Positions 27,948-40,959 of a DNA stretch of 64,000 nucleotides are shown in pieces. A program made the position numbers and the translations under genes. Position 1 is the first letter of the stretch; every line of letters starts with the position of its first letter. Source of the DNA: Eledone cirrhosa (Eukaryota); assembly GCA_964016885.1 (NCBI GenBank), contig OZ024742.1, positions 137,826,001 through 137,890,000 on the forward strand, written 5' to 3'. The notes beneath the pieces are model-generated. The model worked only from the letters and a program-made list of their open reading frames with translations. It had not been told where the DNA came from and did no database searches.

Positions 27948-29310
27948 ATGACAGTTAACTTCTTAGACGTCACCCTAGAATTAGACTCAGGCCTCTACCG
28001 TCCTTACCACAAACCTAATGAAAATCTTAGATACGTCAATAGACACTCCAACCATCCTAAGTGCATAATTAACTCTATAGTTAAAAGTGTCTCCAACAGA
28101 GTGTCCACACTGTCGGCCAACGAAAACATCTTCAAGCAGCACGCGGAATACTATGACTCCGCACTTATAAACGCTGGTTATACTGAGAAGATTTCTTACA
28201 TCGACCCTAATAGAACCGCAACACAGGTAAACATAGCAGGACCCTTAGAAACGAACTTAGAAGAAACCTCCACACATAGGACACAAAATAACCTTAGACG
28301 CCCCCTAGCCGGCAGCGCAGACAGCACCACACATAACTGTCTAGGAGATAAAGCCACACTCTCCAGCCCCGATAACAACTCCGACTATCGCACACGTTTG
28401 CGTACCAATAGAGACAAGGAACATAACGCCAATAGATTACCTGGAACCTATTTGAAACACACGCCTTACCAAAACACACACAAACTCACTAAACAACGCA
28501 TAAACCGAAGTAGACCTGTCACGTGGTATAACACCCCCTATTCTATATACGTCGCCACTAACATACCGGGAACCTTTTTCAGGGCCCTGGAACAATCTTT
28601 TCCACACACACACAAATACCACAAGCTCTTCAATAAACACACCGTAAAATTCTCTTTCTCCACAGCACCAAACCTAGGCCACATAATAGCACACAATAAT
28701 AGGGCAAAAATACAAAAAACATGGTTTTCCCCCAAACAAACCACCACCACAACCCAGAACGAAACCACACACACAACACAACACAACACAACAACACACA
28801 CCACACCAACACCCCACGACACCAACCGCCAACGCTGCACCGCACCGGTTACTCCCAAATGCAACTGCAAAAACGAGACGAATGCCCACTAAAGGGGAGT
28901 GCCTCGTTAAGAATATTGTTTACCGGTGCGATGTCACTGCCGGCAATAAGGAGTACTCATATATAGGTGCGACATCCACTACGTTTAAGGAGCGCTGGTA
29001 TAACCACAGAAGCTCCTTCAAACATAGATCGAAACGACCCCAAACAAAACTGGCCGATCTGATCTGGGACCTCAAGGACAGGAATATTGAACCCCGGATC
29101 TCGTGGTCAGTAAAAAGACGTGTGGCATACATCCCCAGTGACAGAAACCACTGCAGATTGTGCCTAGCTGAGGCGGGGGATATAATTACACTTGATACCG
29201 CCATAAACTATAGGTCGAACATAATTGTCAATTGCAGACACACTAGGATGCACACCTTTTCTGCACAAACTTTCGCGGGAAGACCACGCACTAACCATGA
29301 CCCACCATAA
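27948..29310 (+). pseudogene. PLE RT thumb + GIY-YIG endonuclease, frameshifted near 28880
   Basis: VNFLDVTL..YRPYHKPN..YVNRHSNHP; WYNTPYS; CNC..CP..GECLVKNIVYRCDV..YIGATSTTFKERWYNHRSSF; TKLADLIWDLK; CRLC; CRH. Confidence 0.9.
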
Positions 29311-29937
29311 TATTAACCACACCTGCCCCGTATCACCATCGCCCATCTCAACGAACTTTAATTCTAATCTAACTTCACTTTATCTTATTTCATTGCATTG
29401 AATTTAACCATATGTAAGCCCGTATTTTGTATATCATGCCGCATACATAACCCACACCAAAAATCACACTAACCATGGCACACCATATTAATAACCACCT
29501 ATACCCCGTTTAAACATCGCCCACCTCAATGAACTTATTGTATTGTACTCCATGTTACCATTTCTAAGCCCGCATTTGTATATCATGCCGCACACATCAC
29601 CATCACCACCACCAAAATTCACATCAACATACAAACCTCATAGTTGCAACATCGTATTAAATCGGTACCCTATCATACGTTCTACCTTGCAATCCACAAT
29701 GACAAGGGACCTTGTAAATACAATGTCGATCATATCACACCATCGCCACCACCACCACACCACACATCGTCATATGCATACCATACACGCCTACAACCTC
29801 ATCCACCCATGTTCCCTCTATCTACCCTAACCTACAACCCCAAGCTAAATTCGACCCTGTAACTGTACTGTCGCACGCACACACAACCACCGACACCACT
29901 AAATACATCCACATACTTCAACAATCATTATCATTAA

Positions 29938-30001
29938 CAATAAAGTACCAGTAATGCACTGGGTAATTGCTGGCCTTGTGCCTAAAGTAGAAACAATTAT
30001 C
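29938..30001 (+). mobile_element. SINE family A 3' fragment
   Basis: taaagtaccagtaatgcactgggtaattgctggccttgtgcc. Confidence 0.8.
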
Positions 30002-31510
30002 ATTAACATCATCAACACATATCATCCCTCGCTCCCAAATCGACTGTATTATATATCCCCCACCCCCGTCTGCCTACCATATAACACACTGTAACCTCTG
30101 ATCATGTAATCATCTTGTCGAACATATCACCCAAGCACCACCATCATCACCATGTCCACAACACACATCGCCGTACGTCCATAAACGCTTTTCCCCCGCT
30201 TTCCCTATGTCACCTTTTAACCGGTATTCGATCCGGTATATATATTCCCTCACAACTCCACCACCACCACCACAAAACACAACTCCATACTTCATCAACA
30301 CCGACAACACATACCTCCACTCCCCAACCAACAATAGTGTGTGTGTCTGTGTGTAAGTATTTTACCCATACGGGCGTTTTAAGTGTGCGTGCGTGTACGC
30401 AAAATTAGGTGTATGTGTGTGTGTATGGGAACACATGTGTATGCATATGTCTATGTGTGTGTATATATATATATCTGTATATATATATATATGAGTATGT
30501 GTATGCATATGTGTATGTGTGTGTATATATGTATGTGTATGTATGAGTGTGTATGTGTACGTCTACATGTATGTATATGGGTAAATCTGACTGTATGTGT
30601 AGGTGAACTCATATATGTGCATCTATGTTTATATGTGCGTGTATGTGTGTGTTGTCGGTACATGTGTGTGTGTATATATATATATATATATGTGTATATA
30701 TATGTGTGATTATACGTGTGTGCGATGTGTATGTGTATATCTTGCATACATGAGTGTGAGTTCATGTGCCCATACCCATATGTATGTATGTGTATGTATA
30801 TATATATGTAAAACACCTTCTACATTGCCTCTCACCTTCCCCCCATCTCTGTCGTTCGCCACCCCCACCGATACTCCCCCACTCTCCATATTCGTGTCCG
30901 CATGCGCGCATACACATACATGTGTGTACATATACATATGGCTGTGTGTGAGCGTATGCCGATATGTGTGGGTAAGGATGTGCGTATGTGTTTTATGTTG
31001 TGTGTGTTTATACAACAATATATGTGCACATATATACATATATGTGTGTGCGTATACGTATAAACAAGGTATCTGTCAGACGAAGAGCGTCTAACTATGT
31101 ATCTATGTAAGGACCTGAAGCCACCAATACATCCACCACACCACCACAAACTCCGCTACCATAGACAAAGGCACCACTACCACACCCCCACCCACACGCC
31201 AACCCGTCTATTGACAATCCACTAACCTCATACCACAGCCCATCCCACTAAATAACCGTAACCACCACCATATCATCACAACCACCCCCACATACTCTAC
31301 ACGCCAAGGCCAACCCACCACCACCACACCACAGCCCACCTCATCCACAGACCGTCACCAACATCTCACCATCACACCCACCCCCATATACACTACAGAC
31401 CTGTACATCTCCTTGATCCTGCCCACCAATCAAAACAACTCATTTTGTCAAACCCTTGAATATCTGACTTTACCACATAGCATGTATTTCATTTTCTTAT
31501 ACCATTTTAA

Positions 31511-31602
31511 GAGGAACCGTCGAGCTGCCGATTATTGAGTCGGGTAGGATCGATATAGATCGAACCTTGAGCTGATCAGTGGCGAAACGCGCGTCACCTA
31601 TC
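31511..31602 (+). ncRNA. Hammerhead-like motif with 60-nt stem II and variant core
   Basis: CCGTCGA (31517-23), stem II 31524-31583 (gctgccgatt/gatcagtggc), GAAA-cgcgcg-TC-acct, then aataaa. Confidence 0.6.
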
Positions 31603-31951
31603 AATAAATGCAATGAAGGAATAATCAATCGTCCTTTTTATCCTTTCTATATATATATATATATATATATAGAAAGGATAAAAAGGACGATTATTCCATC
31701 TCTCTAGTGGGTCCGGGTATGCATTTTACATTCATTTCATTTATTGATTTATTGATAATTTATCTGAGTGTCCCGAATCTTCCATATCGAACTTTTCGGT
31801 TATTTGGTTGATTGTAGACATATTCTACGTGTGACGGTATTTTAACGATAGTTATAGCTCTAATTTATTTGAATTATAGAGCCCTCTGCCGCTCATCTCG
31901 AATTTTGTTTATCGTGAACTCGTGCGCCGATTTTTCGATACTCGATTATTC

Positions 31952-32016
<65 letters not shown>

Positions 32017-32109
32017 TATTGAAATTTCAGTTAGAAACAGAAAAGGTCATAGAAATGAAGAGTGCTCTATGTCAGTATCAGAGCAAAATTTAATGTATAA
32101 AATCAATAT

Positions 32110-32189
32110 TATTACCTCATTACCAGAGGTTTCCCGAATGAGGCGAATACGAAATAAACGACTTCATTCGTTCGTCAGACGAGGCAATA
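32110..32189 (-). ncRNA. Type-I hammerhead (inverted copy)
   Basis: Exact reverse complement of 34045-34124. Confidence 0.8.
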
Positions 32190-34044
32190 TAAAATATTGG
32201 CAAACACTTAGAAAAACACATCAAGAAAATCAAAAAAATATATAGATAAATGAAATAGAAATTGAAATATATAAAAATCTATCAAGAAAAATAGTTAGGT
32301 GTGTGTATGTGTATGTATATACGCTCATAGATGTGCATATATGTATATGTGTACGTGTAAATGTATGGTTAGAAAGTGTGCGTAATTATAAAAATAAAAG
32401 TTTAGGGCAAATGTATCTATATGTCTGTATTATGCAGACGGAAATGGTTACTTCGTAAAAATAAGAAAATAAAGTCGCGCGCATAAAAAACGGCTGGACA
32501 CTCGTACATTTAGATACGGAAAGTAAGGAGATGAAGAGAGTATAATAAATAAAAGAAAAGTATCTATTACGATATATTTATAAAAATATAGTAACGATAA
32601 ATTAGAAAGACATGATAGAAAGAAAAATTAAAGAAAACAAAAAAAGCGGGGGTACATACATACACAGACACAAATCACCAAAGACCTGCCTGAACACAAA
32701 GACGGAAATTTTTACCAGTTGCCCACACATGAAATCACACCTGCTTTCCAGCTCATATAAACTTAACACACTTTCAGACACTTATCCTCCATAAACTCTG
32801 ATTATTCTCTTTTTAATTACCCTTTCTGACTTACTTTCATTCTTATCCTTGTCGATAATTTCATTTATTTTCACTTTTATTTATTTTTTATTTATTTTTT
32901 ATTTATTTATTTATTATTATTTTTTTTTTACTTCACGCGCCCCCCCCCCCTTTATTCTCCGATCCACTTCCTATTTTCTACTTTTTACTTCCCCTTCTTT
33001 TACTTCCCTTTTTCCTCTACTAACTGATTATACTTGTCTTTTGTGTTTTTCAATCCAGATATATTTCTCATTTTTATTTTTATTTTATTTTTGCGCAGCC
33101 TATCTTACAATTTTATATTTGTATTTATTTATCCACATTTTAATATGGCTGAACGCCTTAACGTGTGTATGATTTTTTTTATATATGTACATGAGTGACT
33201 ACGTATGTGCGCGCGCGTGCGTGCATGTATGTGTGTATATATATATATGTACGTGTATGTATGCGTGCGTGTACTGGTGTTTGTGTGTGTGCGTGTGTGT
33301 ATATTATGCGTATGTGTAAGTGTCTTTATATCCGTGTTTTTGATATTTCGGTTTTATATTTTTTTGTTTGTTTCTTCCTTTTTCTTCTCCCCCCCCCCTT
33401 CCCTCTTCTGTTATTTACCCAGTTTCATACATGGGCATGCAAACAGGTTTATATGCGCGAGTATAAGTATGTGTGTGTGTGTATGTACGTATCGAACGCA
33501 TGGAAGTGTAAGCGCGTGTGTGTATATAAGCATAATTATTTTTACACTTCTTTTGTGAGACACGCGTGTCTGTGTATGTATGTACCCTCGCTTTTTTTGT
33601 TTTCTTTAATTTTTCTTTCTATCTTGTCTTTCTAATTTATCGTTACTATATTTTTATAAATATATCGTAATAGATACTTTTCTTTTATTTATTATACTCT
33701 CTTCATCTCCTTTCTTTCCGTATCTAAATGTACGAGTGTCCAGCCGTTTTTTATGCGCGCGACTTTTTCTTATTTTTACGAAGTAACCATTTCCGTCTGC
33801 ATAATACAGACATATAGATACATTTGCCCTAAACTTTTATTTTTATAATTACGCACACTTTCTAACCATACATTTACACGTACACATATACATATATGCA
33901 CATCTATGAGCGTATATACATACACATACACACACCTAACTATTTTTCTTGATAGATTTTTATATATTTCAATTTCTATTTCATTTATCTATATATTTTT
34001 TTGATTTTCTTGATGTGTTTTTCTAAGTATTTGCCCATGTTTTA

Positions 34045-34124
34045 TATTGCCTCGTCTGACGAACGAATGAAGTCGTTTATTTCGTATTCGCCTCATTCGG
34101 GAAACCTCTGGTAATGAGGTAATA
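34045..34124 (+). ncRNA. Type-I hammerhead ribozyme
   Basis: 11-bp stem I tattgcctcgt/atgaggtaata, CTGACGA, stem II cgaatga/tcattcg, GAAA-cctctgg-TA (GUA triplet). Confidence 0.82.
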
Positions 34125-34144
34125 ATATTGTATTGATTTTATAC

Positions 34145-34191
<47 letters not shown>

Positions 34192-34197
<6 letters not shown>

Positions 34198-35030
34198 ATA
34201 CTTTGGGAGGGTCATGTTGCCAATAAGAAAACACACGCGTCAGTTGCTTTCACTTCAATTTATTATATATTTATAAATTTATAAATTTACAAATTTACAA
34301 ACTTACAAATTTCTGGTTGGTTGGTTGGTTCCGCAACCAGATAGTTGTTTATATATAGTCATAGTCCTTTCGTCACACACTCTATGACCTCTTCAGTGAC
34401 TGGGGATTCCTTTCTTTGTTTCTGTGCTTTCCTTTCTTCTATCCTACGCCATTTTGTTTCTGTGTGTGTTGTGTGCTCAGTTTGCGCATGCGCCACATCC
34501 GGGTGTCTGTGTGTGTTTGTGTTCATTTATCTATTTGTTTATTTATTTATTTATTTATTGTTGGTTGGTTGTTTGTTCTATGTGTGTGTGTGTTTTCATT
34601 TTGTCCTGTGTGTGTTTTCATTTTGTCCTTAATTGTAAGTTGTTTGTTCTATGTGTGTGTGTGTTTTCATTTTGTCCTTAATTGTAAGTTGTGATGTTGC
34701 TGTTCCACTCATATTTTCTATTTAATTTTGGTTTTAATTCTTTTATGCTTACTGCCTCTGTAATGTGTCTAAATATTGCGTCTTTTCTGTGTGTGGATTC
34801 TATTTTTATTTCTATGTTCTCTAATCTACCCCTGTGTTCTATCTTAGCATGTTGGTAGAGCACAGATGATTCTTGGAGGTCTCGCCAGTGTTCATTTATT
34901 CGTTCCCCTATACTACGAGCTGTCTCACCTATGTACACTATATTTTTGTTTCTACATTGTCCTTCAGTATAACAATATCGGTTTCAACACACGATTTCAG
35001 ATAAAGAATCTTGCTAAACAAATTCAGAAA
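34192..35030 (-). mobile_element. 3' end of a Penelope-like element (GIY-YIG + 3'UTR/pseudo-LTR)
   Basis: [46 protein letters not shown] at 34678-34938; HHR downstream; (TA)n flanks. Confidence 0.85.
34357..34401 (-). ncRNA. Minimal type-I hammerhead
   Basis: agtca-CTGAAGA-g-gtca..tgac-GAAA-ggac-TA-tgact. Confidence 0.72.
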
Positions 35031-35618
<588 letters not shown>

Positions 35619-35714
35619 CATAAAACATGTCTATACTATCACCAGATAAAATATATACTATTTACTCTCCCAATTAGCATAATTAACCATATAAAAAATC
35701 GAATATGTCTAGAT

Positions 35715-35801
35715 TTGAGCAAACTCCTGAAGAGTCCGGTGCTCGAGTTTCCGAAGTTATTGGAAATCTCAAAATGCGGACGAAACCATGGTAGAGGTCA
35801 A
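35715..35801 (+). ncRNA. Type-I hammerhead in a solo pseudo-LTR
   Basis: ctc-CTGAAGA-gtccg..(tttcc/ggaaa)..cggac-GAAA-ccatgg-TA-gag; bulged stem I (ttga/tcaa); aataaa follows. Confidence 0.82.
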
Positions 35802-36172
35802 TAAATGTATTCTCTTTTCTCCTAGTTTATTTTACACCTAATTCTGTTTAATTGACTGTATATCTGGGCGATGACGCTGTCGAAATATTCGATAAATATT
35901 CCGTCGCAGCTGACGCGAAGGGCTAGTTTCGGTTATTTGTTGGAGATTTCTTCATAGAAGCCTTATTCTTATAGCCTGGTCTATTCGATTTTTTATATGG
36001 TTAATTATGCTAATTGGGAGAGGAAATGGTATATATTTTATCTGGTGATTCTATAGACATGTTTTATGATATATAGCTCTGATTATTTAATTTATTAACT
36101 TTTCATTGAGCCACAAAGTTACCCGTTGCAAAACACGTATATGGATGTATGTATATATATATATATGTAAAC

Positions 36173-36227
<55 letters not shown>

Positions 36228-36429
36228 TCTGTGCGTGTGTGCGTGTGTGTGTATGTGTGTTGCTTTTTTGGGGGGAATTCACTTGAGAAATCTGGTTCAG
36301 ATAGGCAAGGAAGTGAGTGTGCTTTCGTTTGGAGGAGGGGAATAGAGATAAAGAGGAAGGAGACGGGCTGGCCGCACCCTAGTCGATCTTATCCCTGCTT
36401 TTACTTCGCTTGTTGGCGTTGTTGGTGGT

Positions 36430-37560
36430 AGTACTGTTTTTGTTGCTAGTGTTGGTGATTTTACAGGTGGCATTTATGCATGTGTTGTTCGTGTTGTTGT
36501 ACCATTGCTGCAGGTACTGTAATTGGTCTTACTTGGCTAACTGAGTTGGTATTTTGGTTGTTGTTGTAGGATGTTAGTGTTTTTATTGTTCTCACTGTTG
36601 AGTTCCTAGTGTTTGCAGTGTAGAGGTCTGTGGGTCCTTGTCTTCCGTTCATGGTAGAAAGCTCTCAAGTGGTTAGTCTAAGCACATGTGTGGCAACGTG
36701 TATTTTGCCCTCGATATTGCATGAAGTTATACTCAACAAGGCAGGGAAAAGATGTCTGGCACCTTGCTGATAGGGTATGATATGGAGGAGCATCTCTATG
36801 TTGTCTACAGACCAGTTTTATCCGCTTAGTTCATCTCAGGAGATGGGGTAGTTATTGCACTCTATGAAAAACAGGCCAGGCCACGTCAGATATCTAACTA
36901 TGGTGAGATACCCGAAATTCTCACTTGTCACCGTTCTACTCTATAAATATGACGTCTACAGGACGCATTGCTCACTTCGCCAGAGGATCAAAGATTGTTT
37001 GACTTTGTGGGCTTCATGGAATGACTCTAAACTGTGTGAGTCAAGCGATATGTTACCTGTCCGGTATTACCACTTTCAGTGCTCTTGCTTTAAAGACATT
37101 TCTGGTTGAGGCACTTCTTCCAGACCTTTGGTTTACCTGGAGAAACACCTTTAGTTAGATGGGTTATTTTGGCAGTTACTACAAAATTGTCAGGCGATAT
37201 GTCTAAGTCGGCCCAAGTTGCATTTAGCCTGATAAGTGTAGCTCCTCTTGCTAAACAAGTGCCTTTTTTTCTATTACTTAAAATGTTGGGAAATGTGCAA
37301 CGTCTATGACAAATATATCATTTTTATAGTTGTTTTTGTTCAAGCTTTGGTTGCCATTTTGACCTTATTACTGTCACTTTTGTTGTTTGTTTGTTTTACT
37401 AAATTTGTCGTGGTTCTGGTTGTAGCCACGTTGGTGGTTATATTGGTTATGGCAGTGCTCATGCTAGTGTTCTTGTTGTTTATATTAATGTTCGAATTTG
37501 TGTTGTTCTGGTAGTTGTGGTGGCGATTGTGTTAAACGTTTTTTAATGGTTTGAACTAGA
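36430..37560 (-). mobile_element. Heavily decayed retroelement ORF1-like region
   Basis: A/C-rich strand bias and fragmentary coding-like frames; no diagnostic motif intact. Confidence 0.25.
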
Positions 37561-37823
37561 TATACTTTTTACGTATTTCATGTGTTTTCTATTGGTTATT
37601 GTTGTTGACTTCAAGGGTAAGAGATTGACGGAAACCAACCAGCACAAGAAGATCCTTGTTAGTTTAACTATAAAACAATATCAAATGACCAACAATGTAA
37701 ATAACAGCTTACTTACGGAGCAATCTATAACACGTGTCGAGAGACAAAAACAAAACTATACAACAACAGCAACAACAGCAGTAATAATATAATAATTGTG
37801 ATGATGATGATGATAATAGTAAT

Positions 37824-38016
37824 AATAATTGTTTCTACTTTTTGGCACAAGGCCAGCAATTACCCAGCGCATTACTGGTACTTTATTTTATCGACCCCGT
37901 AAGGATGAAAGGAAAAGTTAACCTCGGCGGGATTTGAACTCAGAATGGCAAGGGCCGTAACTCTATGCGTCAAAGCATGGCGTCCGACCCTCTACCGATA
38001 CTTCCAATCTACCGCC
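37824..38016 (-). mobile_element. SINE family A
   Basis: Full reverse-complement copy. Confidence 0.9.
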
Positions 38017-38531
38017 ATTAGTAATAATAATAATGAGAAGAAGGTACAGGTAAAGGAGGAAGAGGAGGAAGAGGAGGTGGACGGGGGGGGGGGGTGAGGT
38101 GAGGAAGGGGCGATGGAGGAGAAGAAGAAGAAAGAAACATCATATAATGTTAAAGAAGCTCTATAAGAAATAATTGTTAATGTTTTAGTTTTGACCCATA
38201 AAACTTATCTTTAAGTCATTATTTGATGGTTTATCTTTATAAAAAATTATCTTGAATTGACTGCGGGCGTTGGGGAGGTTCGAGAGAGATATTTTTGTCA
38301 TTGGTTTTGTTATTGGTATTTCCTGCCAGTTTCTCATTAATTCAGTTCCAGTCTCGACCTCCCCCGCAATGTCTGTGCCTTACTCTATCTATATTTTTAA
38401 TCTCTATTATCTCGCTTCACATAATTATCTCCAGCATATATTTCTTTTTTCTGCTTTTAGCGTTTTAATGAACGGGTAGTTATGTCTAACGTGTCAAACA
38501 AATTGGCAGTAACGTGTTTACGGGCCCTATA

Positions 38532-38533
<2 letters not shown>

Positions 38534-38597
<64 letters not shown>

Positions 38598-38623
38598 GAA
38601 GAAGAAGAAGAAGAAGAAGAAGA
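38534..38623. repeat. (ATT)n(AAG)n compound microsatellite
   Basis: Trinucleotide runs. Confidence 0.95.
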
Positions 38624-39073
38624 AATGGGAAATCGTTTTATTTCAATTCTTTAGTTAAAAGTAGTGTCTGAGGAGACATTAAAGTTACTCCGGCATTCAT
38701 CTAAACTGTATTTCGTTTCAATATAACTTCGTTTTTATATTTATATCAATAGCTAACCTCACTCTTTCGTCTTGACTGATTCTAAAATGTGTTGTCTTAA
38801 AGTTGATTTGTTGCTTCTGATGATTGTTAACCGAACTGATTGTTATAAAATAATGTCTTTCTTATGAATAGTTTTACGATATGATATATCTCTATGATAT
38901 ATTCACCTATAGGATATTTCCCTCTGATAATTCATCCTAATGCCAGAAGGGATGCTTCATTCTTCAAATGATGTGGTGCTTTATCTAAACTATAATAAAG
39001 TAAGAAGCGCGGGACTGCGTACGGTCTATAATTTTTTATCCCATTAGTAAAATAAGTTGGATTACTTTGAATA

Positions 39074-39266
39074 AATAATTGTTTTTACTTTTGGCACAAG
39101 GCCAGTAATTACTCAGTTTATTACTGGTACTATATTTTATCGACCCCGTAAGGATGAAAAGCAAAGTTAACTTTGGCGGGATTTGAACTCAGAATGGCAA
39201 GGATCGTAACTCTATGAGTCAAAGCATGGCGTTCGACCCGCTACCGATACTGCCAATCCACCGCCC
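39074..39266 (-). mobile_element. SINE family A
   Basis: Full copy; probable TSD ttgaa(ta/tt)aataat. Confidence 0.9.
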
Positions 39267-40119
39267 TTGAATTAATAATGAATGGATATTACATAATTTA
39301 ACTACTAAATTTCGTGGCTGTTCATTAAATATATTTTATTATTTATTTAAAGAATCATTTCTTTAAAATGTTCAAATGTCAACATTTCCGGTGGCGATCG
39401 CTTAAATATACATATTATTTTCTGTCACTAATTTTTTACTAATGCAGTTTCTATATAATATCGTCTTTTTTTTAATGTATCATGGATTATGTTACTGATT
39501 ACATAAGACAGTGTAACACAGTCTTCGTTCAATTTCTGTGTATATTGTCAATTACGATTTTATTTGATGTATCATATCTACATGTATATATACTTGCGTA
39601 TAATATCAATATACACACTACACATCCTAGCAGAAAACCACCCGAAAGGTTGTTTTTCTGCTAGTATATTTAAAGTTGTTTTCGTATGTTCTAACGTAGT
39701 CATTTTCAGTTGTTTGACGTTACTCTTTTAAAAAGGCTTCTTCACGTTTTAGGTGAATAAAACATTGGCATTTTGACAAGATTATCCATTATGCCCATTG
39801 TTCCATATCTTGATATGAAAATGTACGCTTTAAAGGAAAGTTGGCTAATGATTCTAGTTGATTTTGGAAAAACAAACTTAGAGGCTCCATAGAGCATGTA
39901 AAGAGATAAATATATTACGAATTCGTAAACCAATAACTGTTAGGCCTAAATGTTTACAGATGATTTCTTAAACGAATATATACCGTCATATGCGTCGACT
40001 ATACAAAAGGATGCTAATAAAGATTCCGACATTATGCACAGGGTCCAATTATGTGGCATCAAACACTCAATTGCATTAGATGCATTATTTGATAGGCCCC
40101 TATTTCATCAACACCTTTT

Positions 40120-40955
40120 TTCTTCTACTTCTTAGCCCACTTATTTCTGAGATGGCCATGGGGACATAGTCCTCAAACATTTCTTGCAGTGGGACCTGTC
40201 ACAGGAAACCCTTTCCAACTTATTCGGCTGGACCCCCAAGTGAGAGCAACCAATTTCATGGATATTAAACAACGATCCTGCTCGGGCTATACCCCTGTTT
40301 CTCCTGCCGGTTGGTTTTGTTCATAAAATATGTCCAGCGACTCTTTCCTGTGATATTTTAATTCGGAGAAGTAGCCGCTCTACTTGGGGCGATTATCTGA
40401 TCTCCGAGCTACGCACTCAATCTAGAACGTTACTCCAAAGACTCTTCGGATTGTATTTGCGGTCGTATTATTTCTGTCTTTACCCAAGATTCATGACCAT
40501 AGGTAAGGGGTGGCACATATACCGAATAGCGACTTTGGCTTGTACACCTAGCTCTTGTCTTTTGATTACCGAGTGCTGAAGCAAGTGTATTACTGCACCA
40601 GCTCCTGCAAGTCTTGAATTTAATTCAGTCTCCCGCCTTCCACCATTCGTGAACACGACCCCGAGTTATTTGAACTTCTTCACCTGCTTCAGTAGAACAT
40701 CAATTACATGCAGAGTGCACTTAATCTATCAAGTGCAATGAGGAGATCTCCTTCTGTCGAGTTAAGTAATGCAATGCAAATTCCTGCCAAATAATTCTAC
40801 ACCTGCTAGTTATGGTACAAATTCCAACCTGGCTGCCTATGTCAATACTGTTCACGAAAATTATGAACACGAGTGGTGTCAGTACACATCCCTGGCCTAG
40901 CCGGACTCCCAAATTGCAAGGTTTCGATTTAATGACATTTATTTCAACACAGATA
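40120..40955 (-). pseudogene. RTE-clade LINE 3' part (RT C-terminus and tail)
   Basis: LGQGCVLTPLVFIIF, VKKFK*LGVVFT, PLTYGHESWV, KPTGRR; (GAA)-rich tail. Confidence 0.75.
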
Positions 40956-40959
40956 ACCG

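Larger units (their letters stand above)
27794..31648 (+). mobile_element. 5'-truncated Penelope-like element (Hydra-clade-like) with 158-bp inverted pseudo-LTR
   Basis: Inverted repeat 27794-27951 / 31489-31646; RT C-terminus + GIY-YIG; long CA-rich 3'UTR with a SINE fragment; ends at (TA)n. Confidence 0.88.
32091..34148 (+). mobile_element. Extremely truncated PLE with ~580-bp inverted pseudo-LTR
   Basis: Arms 32091-32671 and 33566-34148; spacer starts with GIY-YIG C-terminus CLNTKTEIFTSCPHMKSHLL..PP*, homologous to 4055-4135. Confidence 0.88.
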
